Below are positions 1 through 12,664 of a stretch of DNA of 64,000 nt, in pieces. The number at the start of each line of letters is the position of its first letter. Within the stretch, counting starts at the first letter, position 1. A program made the translations under genes and the position numbers. Below the pieces are notes generated by a model. It saw only the letters and a program-made list of their open reading frames with translations, made no database searches and had not been told where the DNA came from. The stretch spans positions 66,712,001 to 66,776,000 of the forward strand of contig OZ038378.1 in the NCBI GenBank assembly GCA_964036045.1, in the 5' to 3' direction. The DNA is from Eutreptiella sp. 'Long Island Sound 2002'. Its lineage: Eukaryota > Protista > Euglenida.

Positions 1-639
1 TTGCCAATTGTGTCCTCAAAAAGTCTGACATAATCTCCCCCTGATTGAGAAAGATGGACGTCTAGGGTTAGATGTAGGTGATACCGACAAACAACTACAG
101 GATGATCCTGGGGTAGAGGAATTGCTGATGTATTGCATCACTTGCCTTCACAAGGCTCTTTGCATCAACTTCTTTCTTTGTGTATACTCTCCGGTGGGTG
201 CCGTTAGAGATTGCCCACCTACAAAGATGGTAGTGGGCTTGAAATCCTTGTGCTTCCTCTCCTAAGGTGCCTGAAGCACTTGCGTGTCAGGGCCAACTCC
301 GGGGGTTCAAAGACACAGTATTGGATGTGGTTTCCGTGTATGCTGATGCGCCAGGGCACCTTCTCTGGTGTACAACTTCCGGCTGTCCTGCCCAGTACTG
401 CTGAGCAAGGAAGATGTGAGCTGCACTAGGCGCCACAGGCGCCTTTAAGGTGGTCAGGCAGCGGCCGTCGCCGTCTGGCCCTACAGGCAGCGGCTGTAGT
501 TATCTAGCCCTACACTTATGTCAATGCTAACGTTATCTTTTCGGTGGGGGCCCTTGATCCTCACGTTGCAAATATTGGAATACCCTTGTATACTCCTGCC
601 GGATGTGATTGTGGTGTAGTTGTGTGGCCCACTGATGAT

Positions 640-1560
640 GCCCCTTGATAATGATTCTACGGTTCAGCCAGATCATGTAGCAGACCTCTTCGTGCTACCA
701 TGTCTTTTCTGTTCCTCGCTCCCAAACTCCATACCCTCTCTCCATCTTCCTTCGCAACTCATGGAATGGTCATGGGGCCTTGTACTCTTTTACTACTTTC
801 CGCCTTGTGCAAATGAGCAGAGACCCCTGCCTGAGAAAAGGTTGCCACATGCACCGATGCGCAACCCAAAAGGTAGCTAGATCTTGCCTTGCATATACCC
901 TCACATTTGTGGTTCACACAGAGGGTGACCACGAACCCTTCCCTGCCAAGGACACTCTGTACCCTTGTGGTTCCCAAAAGCTTTGTAGACAGCCCCACTT
1001 ACATCGCCGTGATAGGTAGGGTCAACATTACTTCTTGCTGCTTGGACGGCCCAAGGCCCAACACCTGTCTTTTGAAACAGTCCCCTGTCATTGCCTTGGG
1101 AGGGAGTGTGCCAAAGGGTGTGTTGCCAGCTTCTTTGTAGCGGCAGAGCATCCAGAGTCTTGCACCTGTGATGCTGGGCTTTAGGATCCTCCTCCTCAGT
1201 GTTGTACCCCACAAGGAATTCATGGGCTTAGGTTTTGGAAAAGCACCATGTGGGTCTTTCATCTCTTCGGGTGGCATGGGCAGTGTCCCTTGCAACCGCT
1301 GGCCTGTTATTAGCATTGCATATTGGAACTCGCCTTTCTTCGACCAGTACACTTTCAAAGAAGGACTGCGGGATAGGCAACCTTGTGGACTGGTACTGGT
1401 CCTCATCCGATGCTTGTTCCCCCCACTCTAAAGCACATGGTTCCCACAATCCCCACACTGCATCGTATACTTGTTTGAATTCTCCCTTCCACGTTGGGCA
1501 TTGGTATAGGCAAAATTGTGTGGAGCCTACATGCTTGGTGTTGCATGGTGGGCACGTCAC
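640..1560 (-). mobile_element. Degenerate non-LTR retrotransposon C-terminal remnant (Cys/His finger region)
   Basis: ORF 1228-1560 begins CPPCNTKHVGSTQFCLYQCPTWKGEFKQVYDAVWGLW. This has the same C-x2-C-x3-H-x6-C-x3-C...W pattern as CPRCGQRHRLAVQECLLSCLFESPSWDIWANTWEAW in the LINE at 51766-52683. The rest is too decayed to align by eye, so the left boundary is uncertain. Confidence 0.35.
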
Positions 1561-3499
1561 TTTTTCTCTTTCCCTGAGTAGCTATAGCCTTTCCAGATTA
1601 TGTTTCCCCAGTTTTGGGCTATTTCCATCTATCTCGCCCGACGGACATGCAAAACACAACCCTTTCACACCACAATAGCACTTGTATGCCACTCAGGCAT
1701 ACTTCCCCGCCATGCAAGAAAGAGCAAAAAGAAAATTCACATTGAAATAATACAAATATACATGCACAATTCATTACAAATCTTCATACTCAAATTCAGT
1801 GCAATGAACCACACACTTTACCCAACCCAACACTGTCAGTCAACACAAATCCCAAAAGCTGTTAAAAACTTCTATTCGTGAAGCTGCACATCGCTCCACA
1901 ATGGCCGCTTCATTCCTTTTAGGGGTTTCTTGGTCAATCAGTGTACTCCCTCTACTTCATCTTGTCTCTGTAGCTTGAGGATCCACTTCCTCTACAGTGT
2001 CTGTGCTTCTCCTTAGTGTTTTTCGGGGGCTGTCTCAAACTTGTGCAAAGTAGAGTACTCAAGACAATTCTTGGACGCTGGGCATCAGACTCATGTGATA
2101 CACTGGATCCCTGACAAAACCGCGGCACAAGGCAGTGAGTGACCCAGAGCTCCCGTGGGGCATGTCTTGGTGCTCTTTAATGTGGTATGGATAGCGGAAC
2201 ACACAAGACACGTGGGGTGATGCCCCCCACCAAAAAGGGTGAGCAAGCGGCAACCAAACGTCCTGGGGAAACAACATGTTGGGTGTGTGGACGACCGTGA
2301 TTCTCCCACCAAATGTTACCTCGAATCGCTTTATTTGGGAGAGCACCATACATTGAATTTATGGGAGATTGAAATTACTATTGTGTTCTGCCTTGTACAC
2401 ATTGTGCCATTGTGCTCGCACCACATGTTGGAGCCACCATGCCACCAATTTTGGGACCATAGCATAGCATGTGTATTGTTGCTTTAGGAGGTCGTTGCCA
2501 GCCCCATACCACTGCTGAGGGCGTCCTATAGCATGGTGTCTCGGTAGTACTAAAACTAGGGCTAGGCCATGTATAGCAACACCTACCTGGCAGTGCGGCA
2601 GCCTGGTGTGTGTGGTTCTCCTCCTTGTATGTTGACACTTGTTGTGGTGTGTATGATATCTTATGCCGGCACCCGTACTGCTTGTTTGGCTAGGCCGGCA
2701 GTCATGTTGCTATAACACATCTTCAGTTGTTTCTATGGTGTTTTTGCTTCCAATTCTTCTCGGTTCTCCTTCATTGGTTCCTCCCTAGTTGGTTTCTTTG
2801 GTACCATCTTAGTGACCGCTTGCCTAGTTCTCCAATATTGGCACTTGTTGTTCGGCCGCTAGGCGGCTAATTGATAGGATTATTGTTTTCCCACCACACT
2901 GCAAAGTATTCTAGTTGTCCCACATGTAAAGCCTAACTCAAGTCTCCCATCATCTAGTCCGATGAAGTCCAAATGGAAGGGCCCATGGGTGGGGACTGGC
3001 CCTTGGATGTAAAATCACAAACTGGTGGCACTGACTGGCTGAGTTGTCCATTTGTCTGGGCTCTTTGCATCATCTTCAAGTCAAAGGGGAGTACCGGCAC
3101 CAAGCGCACACTACACTCCAATTATTTGCGGTAAGCACACCCGGAACACCCCGGTTTTTACGGCCACCCAAAATGGCCCCTAACCTCAACCCCAATTTCC
3201 TCCGGCGCTGCATATGTCAACAAGTCCACAAGTGTCATTGTGAACCAACAAGAGCGATGGTAGGCACAACTGCCTAGCATACCCATAGGTGCTGCAATCA
3301 TAGCCACGGACTACATGCAAACAATGCCCGTCCGAAACAGATGGCTTCGGAGAATGGTAGGCGAAAGGGTAATTCTGTAGTGAGCGAGCGGGTGTGCCAT
3401 AGGGGTAAGGTGTAGCCCTACTCCATGATTCTCAGTATCAGGCCTAGCATTAGTGGCAAGTGTGTTGGGTCACCCCATAAGCTAGATTTCCAATGTGTC

Positions 3500-4640
3500 G
3501 CTACACGCCTAGTCACTAGTCAATTGCACAACACACCCACTATCGGGTCGGGGAGCTTCAAGGATTTAAATCTCAATATAAGTGGCCCTACGCATGGACT
3601 ACGATGATGTTCGCAGTGCACGCGTGTCCGTAGAGACTCGCATTGCTCATTAATTGAGTTGCTGAATGTAGTTGGCATGTGCCTCGCGCTGATCCATGTG
3701 GGCCGAGGCTTGTCAAGAGGCATGCTCCATAACTTGGAGGTGGGAGATAAGTTTGGTGCATAGGTTTTCTACTGTGCCCAAGGACACAACGGGTGTAAAT
3801 TTTTACGGCGATGGTTGTAGTGCCAAACACTGTGGGTGCACTAGAAAAAAGTGCGGGATAGAACTCATTGTGATCGTAGTTGGCAGCCACGACCACAAAT
3901 GGCCCCTACTGAGAGCAACCCCATGGGGCACAAGAATGCCCCTCCTTCCAACAATCAAGCACGCAATATTATAAGTACTCTGTTGCTTGTGCATAGTTCG
4001 AAGCAGCTGGTTCACATGATGTGTGTGCCAATTGGCATGACTCTTGGCAACGGTTTGGCTAACGCACCATCATGTTTAGATGGGCAACAAATGGTTAGGG
4101 AATGTGTAAAGGCCGCCAACAAGGGATTTCGGGGGTTGGTAGGCACATCAAAGAATTTTTTTGTTCTTCCCGCTTTTTTCTGGATGGTCATGCTTTATTT
4201 TACACACCAATGGCAAAAGCCTTTTGAGGGTATTTAATATTGAGGATGGGGGTTGGGGCGGCTATACTCCCTTTGGGGGTTCTGTATACACTAATGGCAG
4301 CTCTTGGGTAGAAAGTACAACGCTATGAGTACTTGCATGCTGTTGGCAGGTTTTTATTTTTTTGTGGCAACATTGTTGGGAGGCCTAGTTCATTGCACAC
4401 ATCATGCACCCATTTGAAGCATTGACCACGATGTGTGCAAAAGGCATGCACCTTGTGCTTACAATTTGTACATATGCGATAACCCCCCGTAATTTGTCGA
4501 AGCAATGGCCACATGTGCGGAGGGCAAGACTAGGCTTCAGAAGGAGGAAACAAATGTGGGCGCACTTTTCGAGGCACACAAGCTGCGGAGGATGGACAAG
4601 CGTTGACCTAGCAATCTTTAAAGGATAATTGCCACCCATT
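3500..4640 (-). mobile_element. Possible degenerate KDZ/Zisupton-like transposase with upstream cysteine cluster
   Basis: A one-base frameshift repair near 3925 gives FLCPHGVAL. Downstream lie PHGSARGTCQLH and NSINEQ; upstream lie the Cys-rich pieces CLEKCAHIC..TCGHC and ICTNCKHKVHAFC. Several frame changes are needed. Confidence 0.25.
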
Positions 4641-6140
4641 GGCCCTACCCCCTTTGTTGGCGGCGTGGGTCATTCCAGTGAAGGACGTTCGTGCCGTTGG
4701 TCTTCAAGTGAGAGACCGCTTTGGCAGCGGAGTTGAGGTGCACCTAGTATCCCCGATCTTTCCGTAGTGTCCAAATTGGACGCACAAAAAGAGGCTCACA
4801 ATGAGAAAGCGGAGAAGAGCAAGGAGCTTTCCTTTACAACCTTTCCTCTAGCCCTTGGCCAAGAAGCTTGCCACCACCCTAGACACCTCTTTGTGCCCTC
4901 TAAAAAAAAAACTCTTGCTAAAAATGCACACGCTTGTTGAAGAATGCGACCGCCGCCCCATGCCATTTCTACAACCCCAACGTACAAACCCTTGAGCATG
5001 CATGAACTTTGTACACATCCTCGATGGAGTTCGGTTAGTCCTCTCTCTTGGGCGCTACTCCTTAGGGTGCTCGCTTCTTTCTCTGTAGTTGGGCTCTGCC
5101 TTATGCTTCTTGTCTCTATGCAACTGTTGCATGAACCACGCAATCTTCTTAAACAGGCGTGCCACAATTGCAAACAACCGTTAAGAAAATATTCGCTTGA
5201 AATCGTGTGTTGCAAGACGAAACGTACAGTTTTGGTTGAAAAAAAGGTGCAAAAATGGTGCACCGCAATCGGAGAAAACATACGCTTTTGGAAAACACAA
5301 GAAAAAAGATCCTTGAAATGTATCCAAAACTAGCCCAAACTAGGCAAAAACAGCAAAATAAACAAAAACAGTGCATAACCGAGCTTATTAGCTTGATGAT
5401 TGGACGGGCGCTTAGGATATCCTTGTAAATGGTACTTACAGAGTGCCCCATCTTACCCTATCCAATGTGTCTCAAGGTGAAAATACATAAGAGGGCCTCT
5501 TGGGAGCAACAACCACTTGCCGACCATGCACGTCGGAGAATTTGGGGGTCATCCTGTCCACCAACCCACATCTGTCTTGGGGATAGATGTCTTTGGTTAC
5601 AGACGGAAAAGACTTGAAAGTGGGTCAACAACTTCTCTTTCAAGACTCGCCAATCTAGTTGCTGGACCGTGGTCTCTCGACCCCAAACTTAGGGGGAACA
5701 CGTCAATGCACGTTCATGTGTTCACCACATGTCGCTCAAACACGAACCACGGAACTGTGCAATTGGACGCGAAAATCTTGGCATGATTCCTAGCACTGCG
5801 AATAGTCATGCTTTAAATTTTCCAGCCGACATGCTAGGCAATGGCTCATGAAACGTCTTGGGATGCGGATACACCGGAAGCGATTTTCCGACCAAAATCC
5901 CGACCAAAATCCCGACCCAAATTCCAACTGAAACTCCGACCGAAGTTCGGAGGAGCTTCTGAGGTCCCTAGGGATGGATAATCATCGGAAGCACTTTTGG
6001 ATGAACTTTCCGTCGGAAAATGTCAAGCACAACAAAACAAAAGACCCGCCCCCGGCTGGTTGTTTTTCAACAAAAGGCACCCCCCCCTCCACTTGCCCTG
6101 GACACCCACCCATGGGTATACGACACAACTTTGTAGTGCT

Positions 6141-6435
6141 TTGCCACTCCTCAAAGAGAAGCTGCCCCGGCTACCATGGCCTGGCGTGGCCCATCAAATG
6201 TCCCCAATCTTGGGACCCTCTCATGGGGCACCGGGTTCCCCCCCACCCACCACCCGCTAACACCCCCCCTGGCCCGAGACACCGACCCACGGGGAAACCA
6301 CCGCACAACGCTCCGCCGCTCCACAAAGGGAAGCTATTAGCCCCCAGCTACCATGCCCAACCCTGGCCTATCACAGGGTCCCAATGCTGGACCGGACTCA
6401 CAGGGCGCTGGTTGCCCCCCCCCCCCCCCCCCCGC
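6141..6435 (+). repeat. Two tandem copies of a ~150-bp dispersed GC-box/CCAAT module
   Basis: GAGAAGCTGCCCCGGCTACCATGGCCTGGCGTGGCCCATCAAATGTCCC at 6156-6204, with a degenerate second copy at 6310-6435. Homologous to copies at 10240, 12756, 27645, 28190 and 43620 (reverse). Confidence 0.75.
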
Positions 6436-6734
6436 CGCTTGGAGAAGGTGAGCCCCACGTTGCCCTTTCCTCCTATGTCTTCTCCTTTCGAATGCCACTA
6501 GGGTGTCCATCGGAAGGAAATACCCCTCACTCAGCGAATGTGTCACCGGGGCTGACTTGAATTCCGCATCCACATCAATGGCAGCAAGCATCGGAGGCTG
6601 AACATCGCTCTAGCTTGCACGGGAACCTGTCTAGAGTGAGTTTTTCTCGGCGAGCGGGGGAGGTGGGGCAGCCTTGACTTCTCAATTGCTAACTGTGACA
6701 CCACTGCTGTTTGCCAGTCCCGCTGCCACTGTAG

Positions 6735-7370
6735 TAAAGTGGAGGTCACCGGCCGCTCAAATGATGACATCTGGGCACTCCAAGGCCACAGAAACCCATA
6801 CTTTCTATTGCAACTGCATGGTGACTTCGAAAGTGGTGGCCCCCGGCCGCTCAAAAAACGACAACTAGGCCCCCCAAGGCCGTAGAAACCCATACTTTCA
6901 AATGCAAATTCATGGGTACTTGGAAAGTGGTGGCCCTTGACCATTCAAGCACTGACATGTAGGCGCCCCACGGCCATAGGGACCCATACTTTCAGTTCCA
7001 AATTGATGGTGACTTGGAAAGTGGTGGCCACCAGCCACTCAAACATAGACATCCGGGCCCTCAAAGGCCACAGAAACTCGTACTTTCAATTGCAAATTCA
7101 TGGTTACTGGGAAAGTGGTGGTCCAAAGGCACTCCGGGCACTCAAACAGCGACACCTAGGCCTTCCAAGGTCAAACAAACCCGGACTTTTAGTTGCAAAT
7201 GGATGGTTACTTGAAACGTGTTGATCCCCCGGCACTCAAACAATGACATCTACGCCCTTAAAGGTCGTAGAAACCCGCATTTTCAATTGCATATTCATGG
7301 TTGCCTGAAAAGCGGTGGTCCCAGGCACTCAAACAATGACGTCCAGGTCCTCCTCCAAGGCCATAGGCCT
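6735..7370. repeat. Degenerate tandem repeat, 94-bp unit, about 6-7 copies
   Basis: AAGTGGTGG recurs at 6831, 6925, 7019 and 7113 (period 94). The units share CCCATACTTTCAATTGCAAATTCATGG-like and CACTCAAACAATGAC-like blocks. Confidence 0.85.
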
Positions 7371-10239
7371 CACCCTTGCATTCTCCTTGGCCAAAAAAAG
7401 GGTGCAATTGCTACGTAGCCCCTGCATTCTCGGGGGTGCCAACAAGGGACAAAATCGGCACTCGGGAGACATGTGTGGGGGAGAATATAGTGAGTGGGAT
7501 TGTGACTTTTTTGTCGATATCCATGGGATCGCCATAGGATAGGGAAAGCAAGTCTGGTAGCACGACTCCTTACAAGTCCAAGCAATCAACATACCCTTTT
7601 GAAAGTAGTGCTGTCGAAATTTGGTAAGGGTGCTTGCAACCAATCATTGGACGCGACACTCCAAAAGTCGAAATTGTTTTTCCGACCATTTTCGGCAGCT
7701 TGGCTTCAGAAATCCCTAAGGATGGAAAAACATCGGAAGTGTTTTCGGACGGGATGTTCCCAGCAACGCTCCAAGTTGACCGTTAAATTTCAGATGAAAC
7801 ATGCCAAGCAATACTTAGAAACGTGCTTTCCTTCTTAGTATTGTGTGCTTTGTATGGGTGCGACGTGCACCTTGTCCTCCTAGTGGAGCCAAGTATCGCA
7901 TGCACCTGCCTATGGATGTCCCTCCAACCCTCATTGCACTATGTTTGTTTCCTTCAAGCCCTTGAATAAGTTTCCTTGGCACATGATGCCAACTCAAGCA
8001 ACGATTCCATAACTTTTCTGATACACCAAGTGAAACCGGTATGTGTTTTGCTTGGGGTACCCTTCACCTCCTTTACGAATTCATGTTCTCGATCGTGTCG
8101 ATTTGCTGCCCTTTGTTGCGCTTTGACACACCAAGCCACCTCGTCCCAGATGGCTCACCTCGTGTCGGATTCAAATGTATGCCCGTGATAAATGTTTTTT
8201 CACGACTTCCTTGGGTGTCATTCGGTGTAGTGAGGAAAATCCCGCAAAGTGGAAGGGACCATTTATGTATAGTACGGTTGCGCCTAGAAGCTACGCAGAC
8301 CTAAGGGCCAAGTAGCGTACAATCATAACATGTGTGGACGATTCATCCACAAATGCAACTGGTGTGCCACGCCCACGGTGCATGGAGTCTCTTTGTCAGT
8401 AAGCATCATGGGTGCAGGAGCAGCTAAAATCCGGTGTGGGCTTTATCCACCATATAGCGGTGTAGCAATCACGTGTGTCATGCGGGGTGCATACAATACA
8501 CTACAAGTCAAACGAATGTCCGTACCTACCCATTGCAGCACGAATAGTGAACCCAAACCACAAAATAGGGTTCATCCCGGTAATCACGGGGTCATAGGAA
8601 TACCTTAGACTGTTAGTTAGGCACATATTGATAAACACATTATTGATAACCCCAAACATGGGAGTGATTGCATTTGACGCCACCGTGAAGGTCATTCGGG
8701 CACTTGCCGGACGGGACATGGTATCGGGCTGATCGCGCAACTGCAGGCTGCAGGCCCTTCTGCATAGCAGCGTGCCATGCTTGAAATGTCAAGCAGGCCG
8801 CTAGATGTGGGATGTGCCATGGTTGCAATTGCAGATAGTCTCCATAGTAGCTGCACTTGGCTCCTTTGTCCCCTTGGGTGCTCATAGCCGGCGCCGCTTG
8901 GACAATGTATGGTCGGCAGCGGCTTGGGCGGCAACCTTGGGGAGGAAACATGAATGGCCGCTTAATAATAGGATTATGATCAAATATGTGCGGATGAGGG
9001 TATTGAGATTTCTTGGCATGTGTAGCAGCATGCCGTGCCCGTGTGCCACAAGGCGAGGGCACTGAGGCGCCCCTTTCACGGTGAGTTGCCCACCTTGGTT
9101 GTGGTTGCCATTGTCATGATCCGTGGATAGGATGTGTCGCTAGAGCCGCACGGGCTTATGCCCCGGTCTGGGCGGAGACACTTCAGTAGTTTATTGTAGG
9201 TGCAATCCCCGGTGCGCGCTGCGTACACTTGGTAGCATACCTAGGCAGGACCCGTTGCCATTGCAAAGATTTGTTTGCCTTTGCCACTTGCTTCTCTTCC
9301 ATGTGGTCCTTGAAATATTTGATATCCCACCCCTCCGATGTGTGCTGTTAGGGGTCTAGTCTTGCTTGTTTTCGACTTGCAACGTTCCCCGTGCACGGGA
9401 ACACAAAAACAATGGCGCCAAGCAGCAAAAGGAATGGACGTAAACTATGTTTGCAATATGCACTAGGAATCCAACAGAGGCAAGCAGACTGAGGCATACA
9501 GATACTAATGTTGACTTGATCTTTAAGCTTGTCTTTTGTGAGAGCTTGAAAGTAGTGCTTGGCACGAACGTTGGTTTTGACCCGACGAGGTTTTCTTTCG
9601 TGGAGAGGAGGGAGAGTCTTACTCGAAGTGCTTGTGGGTACTCGGGATGCTTCTTCGAAATGGGGGGACACAAGTGTATGCTACACTAGATAACTTGTAG
9701 ACAACGGGGGCACAAAGGCTGGGGCCAATGGCTCATGTAACAAAAAACCGGAGGTGCTCTAGGTCGCAAAACAAGCGGCCGGCACGCCATAGTGGGAAAC
9801 CCATCCGGAGTTGCGGAGGTATTCAGATCACCCTGGCCCATTACTGTTAGCTCGCGGGCTCCCAAAAGAGATGCATGGCAAAGGGATCATTTTGGTGCCG
9901 CTTGACGCACTGATGTCACATGTAGCATGGACGCCTAGCATGGAATGTCATTATCCTCCGGATAAGCGCCATGCTCCCCGTCCCCAATTTTTTCCGGGGG
10001 TTGTGTTTCGTCCACGGATTCAGGGACCGACATGGACTTCCACCTTTTCAAACTCGGGTCCAAAGCCGGCCTAGACATCGGACCTGACATTGGGGCTCCT
10101 TTGGATCGCAAAAAGCAAGCTATTGTTTCCGGCCTCCCACCAGGGTGCCAGCTACTTTCTTCCGGGCAACAATTTTTCCACGCGAAATTTCACAAAAATG
10201 CAAAAAAAACAAAATTTGCGGTTATTTTGGACCCTCCTA

Positions 10240-10375
10240 AGTAATATGCACAGTTCTCCGCCACTCCCCAAAGGGAAGCTGCCCCGGCTACTAAGGCCAC
10301 GCGTGGCCAATCACATGTCCCCGGTCGCGGAACACACTCACGGAGCGCTGGCCCCCCCCACCCCCGCCAGTTAGC
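10240..10375 (+). repeat. Dispersed GC-box/CCAAT module (best-preserved copy)
   Basis: AGTAATATG...CTCCGCCACTCCCCAAAGGGAAGCTGCCCCGGCTACTAAGGCCACGCGTGGCCAATCACATGTCCCC...ACTCACGGAGCGC followed by a C-run. Confidence 0.75.
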
Positions 10376-10899
10376 CCGGTGAGCAAGTTAGCCCCCCATC
10401 GTGAATGTCCCTGGTCAGCAGCGGTCACGGTCACGGTCACGGTCACTTTTGAGTAGCCTAATCAAGGTTGTGGTTAGGGCGGATGGCATGTCCATGGTTA
10501 GTTCACGAGTCCTTTTTTTGTTCACAGTGCGAGCTGTGCGCCCATGGGAAAGAAATCGCCCTCACTCAACAAGTGGGGTGGTAAGGCAGAGCTGAGTTGT
10601 GCATCCAGATCAATGGCTGCAGAGACGGCCGGCTGAGTGCCACGTACTGCCGCTTTTTTTGGGGGGTTGGAGGAGCAAGGGCTGCCTCAACTTCGGTGTT
10701 GCTGGTGCTGCCCACACTACTTACCTCGACACCACTACTCCTCCAAGCATTGCTGTCCCTCGATGCCACACTGCCGTCAGTGGCACGACCACCATCACTA
10801 TCGCTGCTGCTACTACTACCACTGCTGCTGCCCCTACTTGTATTGCCGTTGGACGCCTACCCAGAGTCCAATGCCTCGACAACCGCCACGCGCCTCAAC

Positions 10900-12664
10900 T
10901 TGGCTGCCCGCGGAGGCTAGATAGAAGAAGGTGTATCAACCACCTCCGCTTGGAAGGAAGCATCGGAGTCTACAAGGTTGGGGTCGGCAGCTATCTCATC
11001 CGATGGTGGCACAAAAAGAGGCGCCCGCGGTCAATGGGACCCCTTCCTGGCCTTAGCATCCTTCCGCCTCTTCGGCGGTCTGTAAACACGCAAACTCTGC
11101 AGGCCAAGGGTGGGCCACGATGACACAACTGACAGGTCGAACCGCACCAATTCGTGTGGTGCGCTACACATGCATCCACACTGCCCACAAACACAATACA
11201 GATCGGTGGCATCTTGTGTAGCACCATTGTACGCCAGTCTCAAGGACTCTGTCGCAGAAGGCATGAGCACAGTGCAATCAGGTACCTTCACCAAGGTGTC
11301 CACCAGCTGAAAAAGAAATTTCTGCCACCCAGCATTACCTCCAACTACACATTGCTGAAATACTACAGGCCGCCATAAAGGCCGCCAAAATGCAACACCC
11401 CGCCCCTTGGTCTTGCCCTTGCAAAACTTCGTGTACAACTCATGCCTGCAACCGTCCTCAGTGGAGGTAGTTGGCTCTGTCAAGGTCACGAGGGCAAGCC
11501 TTTTGCCCATGCGGACATCTGCCTCCCCAGCCTCATCGCCAAACTAGATGGGGAGGCGGTCTTCAAACCACACGTGTCTGAAGCCATGGAAGTAGAGGGT
11601 GTTTGTGTGCCCTTGCTCACTGAACTCGGCGATGAGGTGCACCAAAAAAGTGTGCTTCAAGGCACACCACAAAGAGTGGTCAAGGGGAAGATCAACGGCA
11701 TACATCACCGGAACTATATGAAAGAAAGGGAGAAGGCATGAGTGGAACGGCACGGCTAGCAACATTCGGCTACTAACAACGCTAACAATGGTGTGTGCCT
11801 CGCAGCGTGTCAAACTAATGCCGCCGCAGAAGCGCTGCGACACAGACCTCATGAGTGCATGGCTACCAGGTGGGAGCTGCGGCGGGGCATATTGCCGTGC
11901 AACACTACTAATGGCCTTCGGAAACACCCGGCGGTCCTCTGGAACCAAACACCGGCCAACAACACCAAATCCCCACAATTTTGGTGGGTAGGGGAACGAA
12001 CCCCCTATTTGGTAGATCAACGCATAATTCATGCTTACGTTTAGGCGACCACACATTGTGTAGCCATCACCATACACACCCACTGCCAGGGTTATCTCCA
12101 AGGGGGGGGGGGGGCGGGGATTGTCTGTGCGCGACTACGAGCCCCTTGGACGTATTACAAAGAAGAAGAGACAGTTGGGCTAGCAATCTAACGTTCGACA
12201 AGTCCCTATTGATCTTCAGAAACATGTCGGCCTCTGCTACCCGCAGCCCAGCCCGCCGCATCTTCCTGGAAAAGGGCTTGTGACCCTATTCCCTCATGGC
12301 GTACGACAACGGCTGCTGGGGGAGCCTTGGGGGAGGCCGCCGTGCACAAACACGTTCTGGACGTCGCGATAGGGCCGAAGCGGCGGTGAAAAACGTTTGC
12401 CTTCACCGTCGTCCGAACGGATCCATCAAGGTCTTTGGCGGAGAGGGCCCGCTCTAAGGGGAAGTGGGTGAGAAAGCATTCACACAGGTCTCCGTGGCGT
12501 GGGATGGGAGTGACGAGGAGGAAAGCCTCCATACGGCTCAACGAGCCGCGAACGTAGAAGGCCATTCCATCCACCACAGACTTGTGGGACCACACAACAC
12601 ATGTCATGCCGTTGAGGAGGCATGAAACAAATGGACCCGTGTAGGTTTTCATAGGTGCCAACAT
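10900..12664 (-). mobile_element. Degenerate DDE transposase, CMC/Transib-like catalytic core
   Basis: Successive minus-strand ORFs (12206-12664, 12067-12261, 11544-12101, 11031-11510) give LAVGVYGDGY (first Asp), then VDLPLDHSLWCAL, then YCVCGQCGC, and after a stop PLFVPPSDEIAADP (a PLF...D-x-LH-like motif). Stops and frameshifts are present. Confidence 0.55.
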
